Source: an uncultured Methanosarcinales archaeon (GTDB taxonomy: Archaea; Nanobdellota; Nanobdellia; Woesearchaeales; GW2011-AR9). From it: a stretch of DNA of 64,000 nt. Position 1 is the first letter of the stretch, and each line of letters opens with the position of its first letter. Made by a program: the position numbers and the translations under genes. Of this stretch, positions 18,777 through 29,520 are shown piece by piece. A model generated the notes under the pieces. That model saw only the letters and a list, made by a program, of their open reading frames with translations. It was not told the DNA's origin and did not search any database. The stretch covers positions 320,001 through 384,000 of the forward strand of contig CAYFMJ010000001.1 of assembly GCA_964344235.1 (NCBI GenBank), written 5' to 3'.

Positions 18777-19831
18777 TTTGCTGTTATTGTATGAATGAGT
18801 TCTGCTACTTTTGCCCCTAATACTTTTGAGTGGAACTGTTGATTGTAGGTTTTCCGAGCCTGCCGTTCAATTGTTTTGAGGAGGGGTTTATTTTCTTTTA
18901 GCAACTCTATTTTCTCTGCAAGTTCCTTCCCGTCGGAAAAATTACAGAAGATAATATCTTTCTTATCAGTAAGAAATTCTTTACAGGCTTTTGCTTCGCC
19001 AGTGATAACTGCTTTCGCCATTGCTAAACCCTCTATGACTTTGAACGCGACAACTCTCTGCATTTTAGCAACGGCACCGTCGAATTGACCTAATAAAACA
19101 TCTGCATTCTTTATTTTTTGAGGGATCATTTGGTAAGTACAGGGACCTTCAAACACTACGTTGTTTAAATCGTTCTGTTCTTTTAGCTGCTGAGCTGGTT
19201 TCAATAATGGCCCGGTTCCGACAAACCGGAATTCAATATCTTTCTTTTCTTTGAGAATTTTTGCAGCGTCTAGAATGTATTGTATACCATGCCCAGCAAT
19301 GAATGAACCATGGAATAGCACTCTGAATTTTTCTTTTTCTTTTTGACCTCTCTGGTCTCTCTCTTGCGGGAAAAAGAGGGTATCGTCAGCCCCCAAAGGA
19401 ACGCACGTAAACTTATTCGTAGGAATATTGAATGTTTCTGAAAAGTACTTTCCATGTTCTTCCGTATCAATGATTGTCCTACTTGAGAATTTGCAGGGGA
19501 TTTTGTCAGTGAACCATAACAATTTTGCTCGTAATGATTTCTTTGGCACACATTTTTTCGATTCTACGAGAGCTTCATAATTGGAGATAAAGCAGTCGTG
19601 AATGATGGGTTTAAAACAGAAAAGCCTTGCGAGAAACCAGACAATAATACCTTTTGTGATAAGAGCGTCGTAATCGTTTTTAAGAATGCGCCAACAGAGT
19701 TTAATATATTTTAATGAACTTGAAGGGGTGTAAAGGATGACGTTTACGCTGTTAGCTTTCAACCCTTCGTATAGGGATTGCCCACGACCGTAATTAGAAA
19801 AGTCATGGTCGGCAACTATTAGGACTTTCAT
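18773..19831 (-). CDS. Glycosyltransferase family 4
   Basis: FHGSFIAGHGIQYIL and FKVIEGLAMAKAVIT motifs. Confidence 0.85.
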   Translation of the reverse strand: MKVLIVADHDFSNYGRGQSLYEGLKANSVNVILYTPSSSLKYIKLCWRILKNDYDALITKGIIVWFLARLFCFKPIIHDCFISNYEALVESKKCVPKKSLRAKLLWFTDKIPCKFSSRTIIDTEEHGKYFSETFNIPTNKFTCVPLGADDTLFFPQERDQRGQKEKEKFRVLFHGSFIAGHGIQYILDAAKILKEKKDIEFRFVGTGPLLKPAQQLKEQNDLNNVVFEGPCTYQMIPQKIKNADVLLGQFDGAVAKMQRVVAFKVIEGLAMAKAVITGEAKACKEFLTDKKDIIFCNFSDGKELAEKIELLKENKPLLKTIERQARKTYNQQFHSKVLGAKVAELIHTITAK

Positions 19832-19864
19832 TTGTTTGTGCTAACCCCGCTTATTGCAGAGAAA

Positions 19865-20857
19865 TTAAGTCTCATGATTTGGACGGAACTTATTCGCTTG
19901 AAGCATTTCTTTGTAGTCGTCAATAATCTCTTGTACAATTTCTCTAAAACTGTACTCTGGTTGCCAATTGACATGTGACTGAATCTTTGAAATGTCTGGA
20001 ATTTTGTTCCAAGCTTCTTCGTAGTCTTTCCCATAAATTTCTTTCGGGTCAACTTGGACGATTTCAGATGATGATCCTGTCATTTCTTTTACGATTTGGG
20101 CAACTTCAAGAATTGAATGTTCATTGTCGGGGTTACCAATGTTATACACTTCTCCTGAAACATCAGAGTTCATGACTGCAACAAAACCATTCACAATGTC
20201 TTTTACATGAGTAAATGTTCGGCGTTGTTGCCCACCGCTGAAGACTGTGATTGGTTTGTTTGTTAATGCTGCGTACACAAAGCGAGGTAATACAAAACCA
20301 GCTTTTGCACTTTGCCCAACGCCAACGATATTGAATGGCCTAATAACAGTATAATTTAAATCGTTAGCTTTTGCAAAATTGTGTAAACAAATTTCTGTTA
20401 ATAGCTTACTAACGCCATATTCTAACCGAGTTGTTATCTTAGAAGGAACGACACTGTGAAGGTCTTCTCGTTGTGCTGTATTCCCTGGATCTTTTCCATA
20501 AACTTCAGAAGTGGAAATGAAAATAACTTTACAGCCAGTTCTGGAAGCGTGCTTAGCGATTTTAAGAGTTTCATTTAAGATGATTGAACCCATCTTACCT
20601 GCATATTTTAGGACCCCTGCCGGGCCAACGGGACTTGCTAAGTGGTAAATTTCATCATATTTCTTTGAGAGGGGAAATTCTTCAACAGAACAAATATGAA
20701 TTTCATTAATTTTGGGTGATTTAAGGTCTTCTGGTGTTAAGGAGTTGTTAGAAAGGTTGTCAACGATTTCAATACTGCAATCTTCATGTTGTATTAGGTG
20801 CTCAATCAAATGAGAACCAATAAACCCTAAGCCTCCTGTGATAAGAATTTTTTTCAT
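19865..20857 (-). CDS. NAD-dependent epimerase/dehydratase (UDP-glucuronate decarboxylase-like)
   Basis: ILITGGLGFIGS, HLASPVGP, STSEVYG, YGVSK and RPFNIVG motifs. Start set at the ATG before KKILITGG. Confidence 0.9.
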   Translation of the reverse strand: MKKILITGGLGFIGSHLIEHLIQHEDCSIEIVDNLSNNSLTPEDLKSPKINEIHICSVEEFPLSKKYDEIYHLASPVGPAGVLKYAGKMGSIILNETLKIAKHASRTGCKVIFISTSEVYGKDPGNTAQREDLHSVVPSKITTRLEYGVSKLLTEICLHNFAKANDLNYTVIRPFNIVGVGQSAKAGFVLPRFVYAALTNKPITVFSGGQQRRTFTHVKDIVNGFVAVMNSDVSGEVYNIGNPDNEHSILEVAQIVKEMTGSSSEIVQVDPKEIYGKDYEEAWNKIPDISKIQSHVNWQPEYSFREIVQEIIDDYKEMLQANKFRPNHET

Positions 20858-20974
20858 AGCAAACACCGAATAGTAGCTGCTTTTTGAATTTGGCTCATAT
20901 ATAAAGGTTGCTAAGGAGTGTTCACAATTATTTGGGTTGAGCTTCTAATTGCATAAAGCTGTCAAGAGATCTCA

Positions 20975-21649
20975 TTAAACTTCTTCACTAGAGAGATCTT
21001 TCACACACAAGATTTGCGAAGCTGCGTGGGGTTTATGTTTTGTGAACTTTTGTGTGATATCTGAAATAAGTAACCAAAAGTATTGTGGTTTGAAGCGGAT
21101 ATTTGCTCTTTCTCCACGGAGAGATTTTAGACCGTGGATGCCAGTAACTTGGAAACCTAAATTCTTCATTTCTTCTACTTCCCACCCTGATTTATGTTCT
21201 TGCCAAGGGTTTCCTTCACAGGCTTCCTGTGGCATGAAACCATTGGGTGTAAAGATGATTACTTTTTTCCGTGCTATTTTCTCCATCATTTTTATGAGTT
21301 GTAAGCCTTCTTCTTTCTCAAAGTGTTCGATGACGTCAGATGCCAAAACGCAGTCAAATGAGTTTTCAGGAAAGTGTTCGCCGATATCCATGATGTTAAT
21401 TTTCACGTATTTGTCGTGGATGTTATTGGCTTTACTTTTATCAATACTAGGTTGGAAGAGGTCGACCCCAACACACTCTAGATTATTTGAGAAGTTTCTA
21501 ATAGGGGAGTTTGAACCACAACCAACATCAAGTAAACTCTTACTTTTCCCCACACTAGCTTCTAGCTCTTTCCGGTAGTCTGGGAACACCTTTACGTATA
21601 CTTTGTCGTACACCCATTTTGCGATTTTGTATGGTTTCACGGATATCAA
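20975..21649 (-). CDS. Class I SAM-dependent methyltransferase
   Basis: LLDVGCG and FDCVLASDVIEHF motifs. Confidence 0.85.
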   Translation of the reverse strand: MISVKPYKIAKWVYDKVYVKVFPDYRKELEASVGKSKSLLDVGCGSNSPIRNFSNNLECVGVDLFQPSIDKSKANNIHDKYVKINIMDIGEHFPENSFDCVLASDVIEHFEKEEGLQLIKMMEKIARKKVIIFTPNGFMPQEACEGNPWQEHKSGWEVEEMKNLGFQVTGIHGLKSLRGERANIRFKPQYFWLLISDITQKFTKHKPHAASQILCVKDLSSEEV

Positions 21650-21695
21650 AATAAAGGGTTATCTATTTAAGCTTTTGGCAATACTGGTTGTGATA

Positions 21696-22862
21696 TTATG
21701 CCGTATCAATTGTGTTTTGGTATAAGTTTTTGTATAATGCAGCAACCCTATCCCAAGTAAATTGTTTGATCTTTTCTTTACCATTCCATTGTTGGGTAGA
21801 GTGGAGAATGGTTTTTGTTGCGTTGTAATAGCCCTCGGTGTCGTACATCTCTACTAAGATGCCCTCTTTACCCTTTTCTATTAAATCGGGTGTGCAGCCT
21901 TCGTTCGTTGCTACAACTGGGATGCCGGTAGCCATTGCTTCCATGACAACACCGGGAAGGCCTTCCCCTTCTGAAGGAAGAATGAGGAGAGTAGCAAGCT
22001 GCATGAAATCAGCGAAGTCAGTTCTGCCACCAGTGAGGATTATTTTGTCTCTAAATTGTTCTGGGACAAGTTGTTTGAATGTATTCTGTCCATGAGCATC
22101 TCCTACAAGAAGGACTTTGATTTTTTCTTTTTCTTCAAGTAAGCGTTGTCCTACGTCAATCACTGTTTTAATGCCTTTTCTTTCAGTGAGCATGCCAACG
22201 TAGAGAATAATTTTTTCATTTGTTATATTAAATTCTTGCTTGAGTTTTTGTAGTGTTTCTTCAGAAGCGTTTCCTAATCTTGACGCGTGGATGCCCGTTG
22301 GTAGGACATGAAGTTTTTTTCCAGAGAAACCAACTTGCTTGCCGAAGGGAACCATGGCATGTCCATATGTCGTGAGCTTGTGCGGAATTTTGAAGAGGAA
22401 GCGAGCGATAAGTTGTGAGTAAAGTTTAAACCCTGGAACAAGCCACCATGGTTCTTTCGGTTTGTAGGAATAGCCCACGAACCCGTCGGTAGTGAGAATG
22501 GTTTTGTTCTTTCTTGCTTTGTTGAACGATGCATGTAGTAAAGCTCTGACGCTTAATGGGTAGTAATATTCCCAAATGTGGATGATGTCGTTTTCCTGAT
22601 AGATTTTTTTGATAGCTTTGTTGAGTTGTTGGAATTTGGGGAACGAATAACGAAGAGAAGGGATGTACGTTGAGTCAATTGGTATCGTTTTAATGTTGGG
22701 GTTGTTCTCAATGAGTTTGTTGGCACGCCAGTTCTTTGTGTGTTCCCCATGACTTTTGGGATAGAGGATTGTGATGCTGTGGCCCTGTTTTGAGAGAAGT
22801 GTGGCTAGCTCAGCGATAGGCCTGCGCATATTGTCGGTTGGGTTAATGTAGCAAATATTCAT
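21696..22862 (-). CDS. Glycosyltransferase family 4
   Basis: YVGMLTERKG and LPSEGEGLPGVVMEAMATGIPVVAT motifs. GAGGTG SD precedes the ATG at 22862. Confidence 0.9.
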   Translation of the reverse strand: MNICYINPTDNMRRPIAELATLLSKQGHSITILYPKSHGEHTKNWRANKLIENNPNIKTIPIDSTYIPSLRYSFPKFQQLNKAIKKIYQENDIIHIWEYYYPLSVRALLHASFNKARKNKTILTTDGFVGYSYKPKEPWWLVPGFKLYSQLIARFLFKIPHKLTTYGHAMVPFGKQVGFSGKKLHVLPTGIHASRLGNASEETLQKLKQEFNITNEKIILYVGMLTERKGIKTVIDVGQRLLEEKEKIKVLLVGDAHGQNTFKQLVPEQFRDKIILTGGRTDFADFMQLATLLILPSEGEGLPGVVMEAMATGIPVVATNEGCTPDLIEKGKEGILVEMYDTEGYYNATKTILHSTQQWNGKEKIKQFTWDRVAALYKNLYQNTIDTA

Positions 22863-22899
22863 TGATACACCTCTTTTTAACAACTTATTTAAATAAACT

Positions 22900-23946
22900 G
22901 TGGAACGAGTTAATATGTTATTGAGTCAGCAAAGAATTGCGGCGAGAATTAGTGATTTGTTTACATTTTCTTCTACTGAATCAGTGCTTAATGGGTATGT
23001 AGCTCATAAAAATAGGTATTGGGTTGGCTCGGCACGGGAAGGATTGCGGCAAGTATTGTTAGGGATTCGCGGGAAGCGGGTAGGCATACCAGCGTATACG
23101 TGCCATGTTGTTCTTGATGCGGTTAGGAGAGCTGGTTGTGAGCCGGTGTTTTATGATTCTGGTGTTATTGTTTCTGTTGAGGATATTGCTACGGTTATTA
23201 AAGACGTTGATGTGCTTGTGGTGTGTTATAATTTTGGATTTGTTTCAGATGTTGATAAGATTGTAGAGTTATGTCGGGAGCATGATGTGGTAGTGGTAGA
23301 AGATTGTGCGCAAGCATTCGGTGTACATGTTGGGGGTTTTGGAGAGTATGCAGTGTATTCGTTTGGGTTAAGTAAGAATATTGGTTTCTGTGGGGGAATG
23401 GTTGCGAGTAAGGGGGGGATGGGTGAGATACATTTACCAAAGTATCCTTTGGGAAAGTTGTTATCCGTTATTGGGAAGGTTGCTGCGGCGCCGTTGTTAT
23501 TTAACAAATACGTGTATCCACTGATAAGAAGATTTTTGCAGAGAGAGTTGCATAAAGGTCAGGAATCGTTGTCGTATGCGTGTTCTCCATATGCGAAGAA
23601 CGTCGTGTTGAAGCAGATGGGGCGGTATAAAGAAGTTATGGCGTTGCGGCGGAGTAACTTTGAGCATTGTGTAAAAGAATTGCAGGGTGTTGTTGATTTC
23701 GTTTCTGCTCCCAGTTCTGGGTTATATTTTGTGTTGTTGGTTGATAATAGTGTGGAGTTGAAGAGGAAGTTGCTCGCTCGAGGAGTTGAGGTTGGTGAGA
23801 TGTATACATTCCAATGTTTTGATACAAATAAGAAGAAAGCAGCTGCTGCAGAAAAGCAAGTATTAACGTTTGCATTATATCGGCCACTTGTGGAAGTTCA
23901 GGCGATAATTGGCGCGATTAAAGGAGTTTGTGCTGATGGAAATTAG
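22900..23946 (+). CDS. DegT/DnrJ/EryC1/StrS-family PLP-dependent aminotransferase-like protein
   Basis: PAYTCHVV, VVEDCAQAFG and YSFGLSKNIG (PLP lysine position). Confidence 0.75.
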   Translation: MERVNMLLSQQRIAARISDLFTFSSTESVLNGYVAHKNRYWVGSAREGLRQVLLGIRGKRVGIPAYTCHVVLDAVRRAGCEPVFYDSGVIVSVEDIATVIKDVDVLVVCYNFGFVSDVDKIVELCREHDVVVVEDCAQAFGVHVGGFGEYAVYSFGLSKNIGFCGGMVASKGGMGEIHLPKYPLGKLLSVIGKVAAAPLLFNKYVYPLIRRFLQRELHKGQESLSYACSPYAKNVVLKQMGRYKEVMALRRSNFEHCVKELQGVVDFVSAPSSGLYFVLLVDNSVELKRKLLARGVEVGEMYTFQCFDTNKKKAAAAEKQVLTFALYRPLVEVQAIIGAIKGVCADGN

Positions 23947-24961
23947 AGAGATTAGTGTTGAGACGGAAGAGTATCGTGATTTTTTGAAAAGGTATGATCA
24001 TTGGTTATTTCACACATTTCATTTTAAGAAGTTTATTGAAACCGCGTTTGGTTGTGTGTATCGGTTTATTGCAGCAGTTGAGGGGGATGCTGTGAAAACA
24101 GTGTTGCCGATTGTTGAAGTAAAGAGTAGATTGTTTGGGAATAAAGTTATTTCAACAGCGTATATTGAGTATGGTGGTTTTGCAGGAGATGAAGATTTTG
24201 TTAAAGACATTTTGAAATATTTGCAGATGAACTATAAAAAAAATAATCAGTACCTGGAGATAAGAGGGAGTGCGGCATTTGATGAAATTTTGTCAAAGAA
24301 GTTGCAGAAAGCGGATTTGTATAAGCGATTTGTGTTGAAGTTAGGTGGGGTTGAAGATGTATGGAACGGTATTCAGAAGTCTAAGAGGAAAGCGATTAAG
24401 AAATCGTTGAAGGGTGTTGAAGTTAAAGAGTTGTCGGCTTCTGATGTCGGTGATTTTTACCAGTTGTATCTACGAAATATGCGAAGGTTTGGTAGTCCGC
24501 CGTATTCTAAGAACTATTTTGAAACTTTTTTTGAAGGTATTGTGGAACATAACTTGGGAAGAATATATGGGGCGTATTGCAATGGAACACTCGCTGCAGC
24601 GTTACTTGGGTTTCATTATGGTGATCGAGTACATATTTTAATTGCAGTGTCTGATCCAACATATCAGGAACATAGGCCAAATGACGCAGTGCATTGGAAG
24701 TTTATTGAATGGGCGTGTGAGAGTGGTTACACGTGGTTTGATTTTGGGAGAGTTAGAGAAGAGTCAGGACAGTTTGAATACAAACGGAAATGGGGGGGAG
24801 AATTGTTAGAGTTACCATCATACTTTGCGTTGTGGAATACGAAAAAGATTCCAATTGTTGATCCAAAGAAACATGGAATGTTAACTGAGGCGTGGAAGAA
24901 AATGCCTTTGTGGTTGACTCGGTTGATTGGTATGAAATTGAGGAAAGGACTGGGTATTTAG
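23936..24961 (+). CDS. FemAB-like GNAT protein (XrtA/PEP-CTERM polysaccharide-associated type)
   Basis: SRLFGNKVIS..Y..YGG, YLEIRG, RRFGSPPYSKNYF and FDFGR...GQFEYKRKWG motifs. AAGGAG SD precedes the ATG at 23936. Confidence 0.8.
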   Translation: MEIREISVETEEYRDFLKRYDHWLFHTFHFKKFIETAFGCVYRFIAAVEGDAVKTVLPIVEVKSRLFGNKVISTAYIEYGGFAGDEDFVKDILKYLQMNYKKNNQYLEIRGSAAFDEILSKKLQKADLYKRFVLKLGGVEDVWNGIQKSKRKAIKKSLKGVEVKELSASDVGDFYQLYLRNMRRFGSPPYSKNYFETFFEGIVEHNLGRIYGAYCNGTLAAALLGFHYGDRVHILIAVSDPTYQEHRPNDAVHWKFIEWACESGYTWFDFGRVREESGQFEYKRKWGGELLELPSYFALWNTKKIPIVDPKKHGMLTEAWKKMPLWLTRLIGMKLRKGLGI

Positions 24962-24964
24962 TTT

Positions 24965-25702
24965 CTAATCCTTACTTCTTTTAATCCACTCTTCACAGCT
25001 AACCCATTGACAGTTAGAGCGTTTGATATAATTCTCAAAGATGCTCCATGCTTTGGTTCCGGTGTTTCTGTGAAGTGCTTTGCTAATAAGTGTGTTTGCT
25101 GCTGAGAGTTCTGTTTTTTCTAAGAATTCCCAAGGGTGGAGGTAGAACATATAGGGTTTAGGGAATAATTTGGAAACGGGATGAAATAATTTGAGGTAGG
25201 ATAAACCAGAATTTATTGTTGGGGGGATGAATGTCGTCATTGGAAATTGATATACGTTATTTTTCACAAATGGTTGCTTTGGAAGATTTTTATTTCTATA
25301 CCGTTTGGGGAAATAACGCGCAAGAGAGGCATCATACTGATAACCGTGTTGTGCTAAGAGTTCATGATGATTCTTGGTTGTAATAAATCTTGGAGCACGG
25401 AAGCCTTTACACTCAATGCCATGTTGAGCGAATGCTTCTTTGGATGTTTTGATTTCAGATAATGCATTCTCCTCGGTTAACGAGGCATGAGTATGGGAAT
25501 GTGATGCGATTTCATGTTTCTTAGCAATTTCTTTGATTTCTTTTGAGTATCTTTCCAATAAACTTGATACCACAAAGAACGTTGCTTTAATGTTATATTT
25601 ATCAAAGAGTTGGAGAAGTTTTGGCACGATGGTTGTCATGCTTTTACATTCATTACTGCCTAAATCTGGTTCCAAATCCACTGTCATGATGCGTGTTCTC
25701 AT
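24965..25702 (-). CDS. Polysaccharide deacetylase family protein
   Basis: TVDLE, KATFFVV, HEIASHSHTH, GFRAP, YDAS and FYLHPWEF motifs. Confidence 0.85.
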   Translation of the reverse strand: MRTRIMTVDLEPDLGSNECKSMTTIVPKLLQLFDKYNIKATFFVVSSLLERYSKEIKEIAKKHEIASHSHTHASLTEENALSEIKTSKEAFAQHGIECKGFRAPRFITTKNHHELLAQHGYQYDASLARYFPKRYRNKNLPKQPFVKNNVYQFPMTTFIPPTINSGLSYLKLFHPVSKLFPKPYMFYLHPWEFLEKTELSAANTLISKALHRNTGTKAWSIFENYIKRSNCQWVSCEEWIKRSKD

Positions 25703-27570
25703 AGTAGCTCGTTAAGTTTGATATTTTTCTGTGGTAGATCTTCAGCGTCAATGAACATCCTATGCCATAGTTCAAAATTGATAAATGTGAATAGCTGTTT
25801 GCCGTATAAAAGTTTTGAGGAATTGTAATTCTGCCAGATTTTTTGAATGTGGTGATAATTGAAATAGCCACGTTTCTTTACGGATGAAAGGGTAAAGAGC
25901 TGTTCAGTGAGGTCTTTCAATTCTTCTTTATACCATCTATCAAGTGGCATGAGGAATGGATGTTTTTTGTTATTGTTTTTTGGAAGAAGTTTACTCATCG
26001 CTTGTTTTAGGATGATTTTATCTTTCTTGAACTTTGGATCGAGCGTTGTTGCGTGTTCAACTATATTGTGGTCCAAAAATGGCACACGACCTTCAATAGA
26101 GTGAGACATAGTCATTCTATCATTAATGTGAAGCACATAATTTGGTAACCATGTTTTGGAGTCGTAATAGAGCATACGGTTAATAATGGGTTTGCGACTT
26201 TTTTGCCAATGTTGTTGTAGTTGTTTGTTTTCAAGTTTTTGAAGATGTAACTGCTTCTGGTCATTATTACTGAGAATGGAAGTAAATTGTTGATATTGTT
26301 GAAGTTCTGTTTGTTTTTTTGCAAATAAATCAATGAATTTCTCTTTGCCTTTTTCTCCAATTGAGGAGGGATAGTTGAAGAGTTTGTCTAAGACCGGGAT
26401 GGGAATTGCTTTTGCAAGTGGTTGGGGAATAAATTTGAGTTTCTGTGCTTGCAACATTTTTTGGTATTGTACGTAACCGCCATAGATTTCATCAGCTCCC
26501 TCCCCGGAGAGAACAACTTTGACTTTTTTGGATGCTAATTCTGAGAGTTTGAATTGTGGAATCACAACAGGATCACCATGGGGCATGTCTAAGTGCCAGA
26601 GGATTGTTGGCAGAAGTTCTGAGATGTTGTTGTTGTTGTTGATTTCATGATGGTCTGTGTTGAAGTGGTCTGCGATAACTCTTGCTTTATGCAGTTCATC
26701 AGCTTCGCTGTTCTCAAATCCTACCGAGAACGTTTTGACGGGTTCTTGTTTAATCTGAGAAGCAAGTGCAGTAATGGCAGAGGAATCTAAACCGCCAGAG
26801 AGGTATACACCAACGGGAACATCTGCTACAAGACGTTTCTTGACAGATTCGTGTAGTAAGTCATGGACTTCCTTGGTGGCGTTATTGTTTTGTTTGATGT
26901 TTGGGAGAGGAATGTTCCAGAACTGACTGATTGTTAATCGGTTTTCTTTAAGAATCATATAATGGCCTGGGAGCAGCTTCTTGATGTTTTGGAATAATGT
27001 TTCTTCCCCTGGAATGTAACGGATATTGAGGTAATTGAATGTAGCATTCTTGTTAACCTCTCGTTTAACTTCCGAGTGTTGTAGAATAGCTTTAATTTCT
27101 GATGCGAAAAGAAATTGTTTTGTTTTAGGGTTCCAGTAATAGTATAGTGGTTTAATGCCTAACCGGTCACGAGCAAGAAACAGTGTTTTGTTTTTGGAAT
27201 CCCAGATGGCGAATGCGAATTGACCATTTAACTTTGAAACGATATCTTTTCCCCATTTACTATAACCATGTAAGATAACTTCTGTATCTGTTTTTGAATT
27301 AAATTTGTAACCCTCTTTTTCGAGGATTTTTCTGAGTTCTTTGAAGTTGTAGATCTCTCCATTAAATGTAATGTGTACTGTGTTTTCATCACTGCTCATT
27401 GGTTGTGTGCCTGCTTCAGAAAGGTCGATAATGGACAATCTTCTGTGGCCAAGACTAATGTTTTCGTCAATAAAATGTCCAGAAGCGTCAGGACCACGGT
27501 GTATTAGGGAAGAGGTCATACGCTTCGCTAGTTCAGAATCGTCCCAATTAAAGCCAATAATTCCACACAT
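25699..27570 (-). CDS. asnB: Asparagine synthase (glutamine-hydrolysing) family amidotransferase
   Basis: N-terminal MCGI, HRGPD, GHRRLSIID, FNGEIYN, LSGGLDSS, SGEGADE and RVPFLD motifs. Confidence 0.95.
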   Translation of the reverse strand: MCGIIGFNWDDSELAKRMTSSLIHRGPDASGHFIDENISLGHRRLSIIDLSEAGTQPMSSDENTVHITFNGEIYNFKELRKILEKEGYKFNSKTDTEVILHGYSKWGKDIVSKLNGQFAFAIWDSKNKTLFLARDRLGIKPLYYYWNPKTKQFLFASEIKAILQHSEVKREVNKNATFNYLNIRYIPGEETLFQNIKKLLPGHYMILKENRLTISQFWNIPLPNIKQNNNATKEVHDLLHESVKKRLVADVPVGVYLSGGLDSSAITALASQIKQEPVKTFSVGFENSEADELHKARVIADHFNTDHHEINNNNNISELLPTILWHLDMPHGDPVVIPQFKLSELASKKVKVVLSGEGADEIYGGYVQYQKMLQAQKLKFIPQPLAKAIPIPVLDKLFNYPSSIGEKGKEKFIDLFAKKQTELQQYQQFTSILSNNDQKQLHLQKLENKQLQQHWQKSRKPIINRMLYYDSKTWLPNYVLHINDRMTMSHSIEGRVPFLDHNIVEHATTLDPKFKKDKIILKQAMSKLLPKNNNKKHPFLMPLDRWYKEELKDLTEQLFTLSSVKKRGYFNYHHIQKIWQNYNSSKLLYGKQLFTFINFELWHRMFIDAEDLPQKNIKLNELL

Positions 27571-27572
27571 TT

Positions 27573-28520
27573 TTATTGCTTAAGTTCTCGCTTTTTCATT
27601 CGATAGAGGATATTCTCTTGCAGTTTTCTATTTCTGTCAAGCATATCTGCAATAAGTCCTAAGATGATGAAAAGAACTCCAATGATGATTAAGAAAACGT
27701 TTGCATAGACGACAATCAAGAAAGGGTCAACCCGCCCAATGATTGTCCAGCGAATGAATAGAATTAAGCTGCTTAGAAAACCTAAGCTCACCATCATTGC
27801 TCCTGGTAGGCCGAAGAATTTGAATGGTTCGTAGTCACGCATGCTTCGAATAATGATGAGTGTGACATTCAACCCGTAGGAAAAAACGTTTTTAACAACT
27901 CGCGATTTGCCTTTACGTTCTCCAATGACTTTACATGGAATCTCTACGATCCGAAAGCCTTTCTTTACTAAATCAATAAACACTTCCTGTGTGTAGGTGA
28001 ATTTGCTAAATAAAACAAGGTTAAGAGCAGCTTCCTGCGAATACGCACGAAAACCACATTGAGTGTCATAATATTTCTTTTTAAGAAACTTGTTGAGAAT
28101 ATTTGCAAATAAACGGTTGCCAAAGATTTTGATTTTAGGCATGTCTGGGATGAGCTTTTTATCTTTGAACCTGGAACAGGTAACCATGTCTGCTTTGTTT
28201 TGAATGATTGGTTGGAGAATTCTTGGGATGTCTTTAGCATCAAATTGTCCATCGGCATCAATATTAACTATGATGTCAGCACCCATTTTGAGGGCTTCAT
28301 TGATGCCGTCTTGAAACGTTATGCCTAAACCGTGATTTGTTTTGTGAGAAAGTATTCTATCTGCTCCCGCTCCTTGAGATACTTTAACGGTGTTGTCACG
28401 GGACCCGTCATTGACGACAAGTACTTCTACCTCATCTGCACAATCACGGGGAATGGATTGAATAACGTGGCCTATTGTTTTCTCTTCATTGTACGCAGGT
28501 ATCATCACAATGACTTTCAT
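27573..28520 (-). CDS. Glycosyltransferase family 2 (dolichol-phosphate sugar synthase-like) with C-terminal TM helices
   Basis: IPAYNEE, VVNDGSRD, NIDADGQF and DTQCGFR motifs; two C-terminal TM segments. Confidence 0.9.
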   Translation of the reverse strand: MKVIVMIPAYNEEKTIGHVIQSIPRDCADEVEVLVVNDGSRDNTVKVSQGAGADRILSHKTNHGLGITFQDGINEALKMGADIIVNIDADGQFDAKDIPRILQPIIQNKADMVTCSRFKDKKLIPDMPKIKIFGNRLFANILNKFLKKKYYDTQCGFRAYSQEAALNLVLFSKFTYTQEVFIDLVKKGFRIVEIPCKVIGERKGKSRVVKNVFSYGLNVTLIIIRSMRDYEPFKFFGLPGAMMVSLGFLSSLILFIRWTIIGRVDPFLIVVYANVFLIIIGVLFIILGLIADMLDRNRKLQENILYRMKKRELKQ

Positions 28521-28521
28521 G

Positions 28522-29520
28522 TTAGATTAGTATGGCTGCTGCAACACATACAAGCTGGAAGGCATGTAATGTGTAGACTACTTTCCTCTCTGTTGTTTTA
28601 ATGTTAAGTTTGTTGAGAATTCTTACTGTGAGGTTTTCTAACCCATAGTTTTTATTATGTCTTGGAACGAGTGTGTTGTCTTCTTTAACAATGGCAAAAC
28701 TTTCTTTCTGGAATTTCCCTCTGAGTTTGAGGAAGAATTCAATGATGTAAGGAATGAATAGGATCAGAAATGCTTTTTCCATGTTTGCAAGGATTGCAAT
28801 AATAGCAATGAGAGCACCAACACTGTACGTAAAGGTGTCTCCTGGAAAGATTTTTGCAGGATATTTGTTGAATATGAGGAATCCCAACAGAGCAAAGACC
28901 ATAATTAATGCGATCACTGAGAGCCAAGCTAGGTTGTGGATGTAACTTAGATAGCTGAGAGTGGCCAGGATAATAATTCCCTGACCAGCTTCTAGACCGT
29001 TATATCCTGCAAGCATATTAAACCCATTTGTTCCTACTGCGATGATTGTAGGGATTATAATGAGGGGGTAGAGAAGGCCAAGACTAACCTGTCCTATGAA
29101 AGGTATCGTCATAATGTTAGAACCTGCATTAATCGCCATAATAGGAGCTGCAACAAGTAGTGTTAGTAGTGGTTTTTGCCATTGTCGTAATCCAATTTTC
29201 CACCCTAGAATATCATCAATAATACCAACCATACCTGCGATGAGAATAGCTGCTAGTAAAGCGAGGATTTCCGTGATGTTGGTGTTGGCTTGCAGGAAGA
29301 AAACACGCATAGCAATATAGCCCATCACACCAATGATGAACGTGAGAAGAACGGTGATCCCTCCCATTTCAGCAACTTCTTTCGGCTGTAGCTTGTGGAT
29401 GTCTTTCCCTACCAAGTTAGCTCGTTTCGCCATCTTGATCCATGATGGGATGAATAACCAAGTGAGGATAAAAACAGCTACAAACAAGGGGATGAACTGG
29501 TTTACTATGACTGAATACAT
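28522..29520 (-). CDS. aglH: UDP-N-acetylglucosamine--dolichyl-phosphate GlcNAc-1-phosphotransferase (AglH/GPT, MraY family)
   Basis: GKDIHK...AEMGG, GIIDD, NGFNMLAGYNGLEAG and FNKYPAKIFPGDT motifs. Confidence 0.85.
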   Translation of the reverse strand: MYSVIVNQFIPLFVAVFILTWLFIPSWIKMAKRANLVGKDIHKLQPKEVAEMGGITVLLTFIIGVMGYIAMRVFFLQANTNITEILALLAAILIAGMVGIIDDILGWKIGLRQWQKPLLTLLVAAPIMAINAGSNIMTIPFIGQVSLGLLYPLIIIPTIIAVGTNGFNMLAGYNGLEAGQGIIILATLSYLSYIHNLAWLSVIALIMVFALLGFLIFNKYPAKIFPGDTFTYSVGALIAIIAILANMEKAFLILFIPYIIEFFLKLRGKFQKESFAIVKEDNTLVPRHNKNYGLENLTVRILNKLNIKTTERKVVYTLHAFQLVCVAAAILI

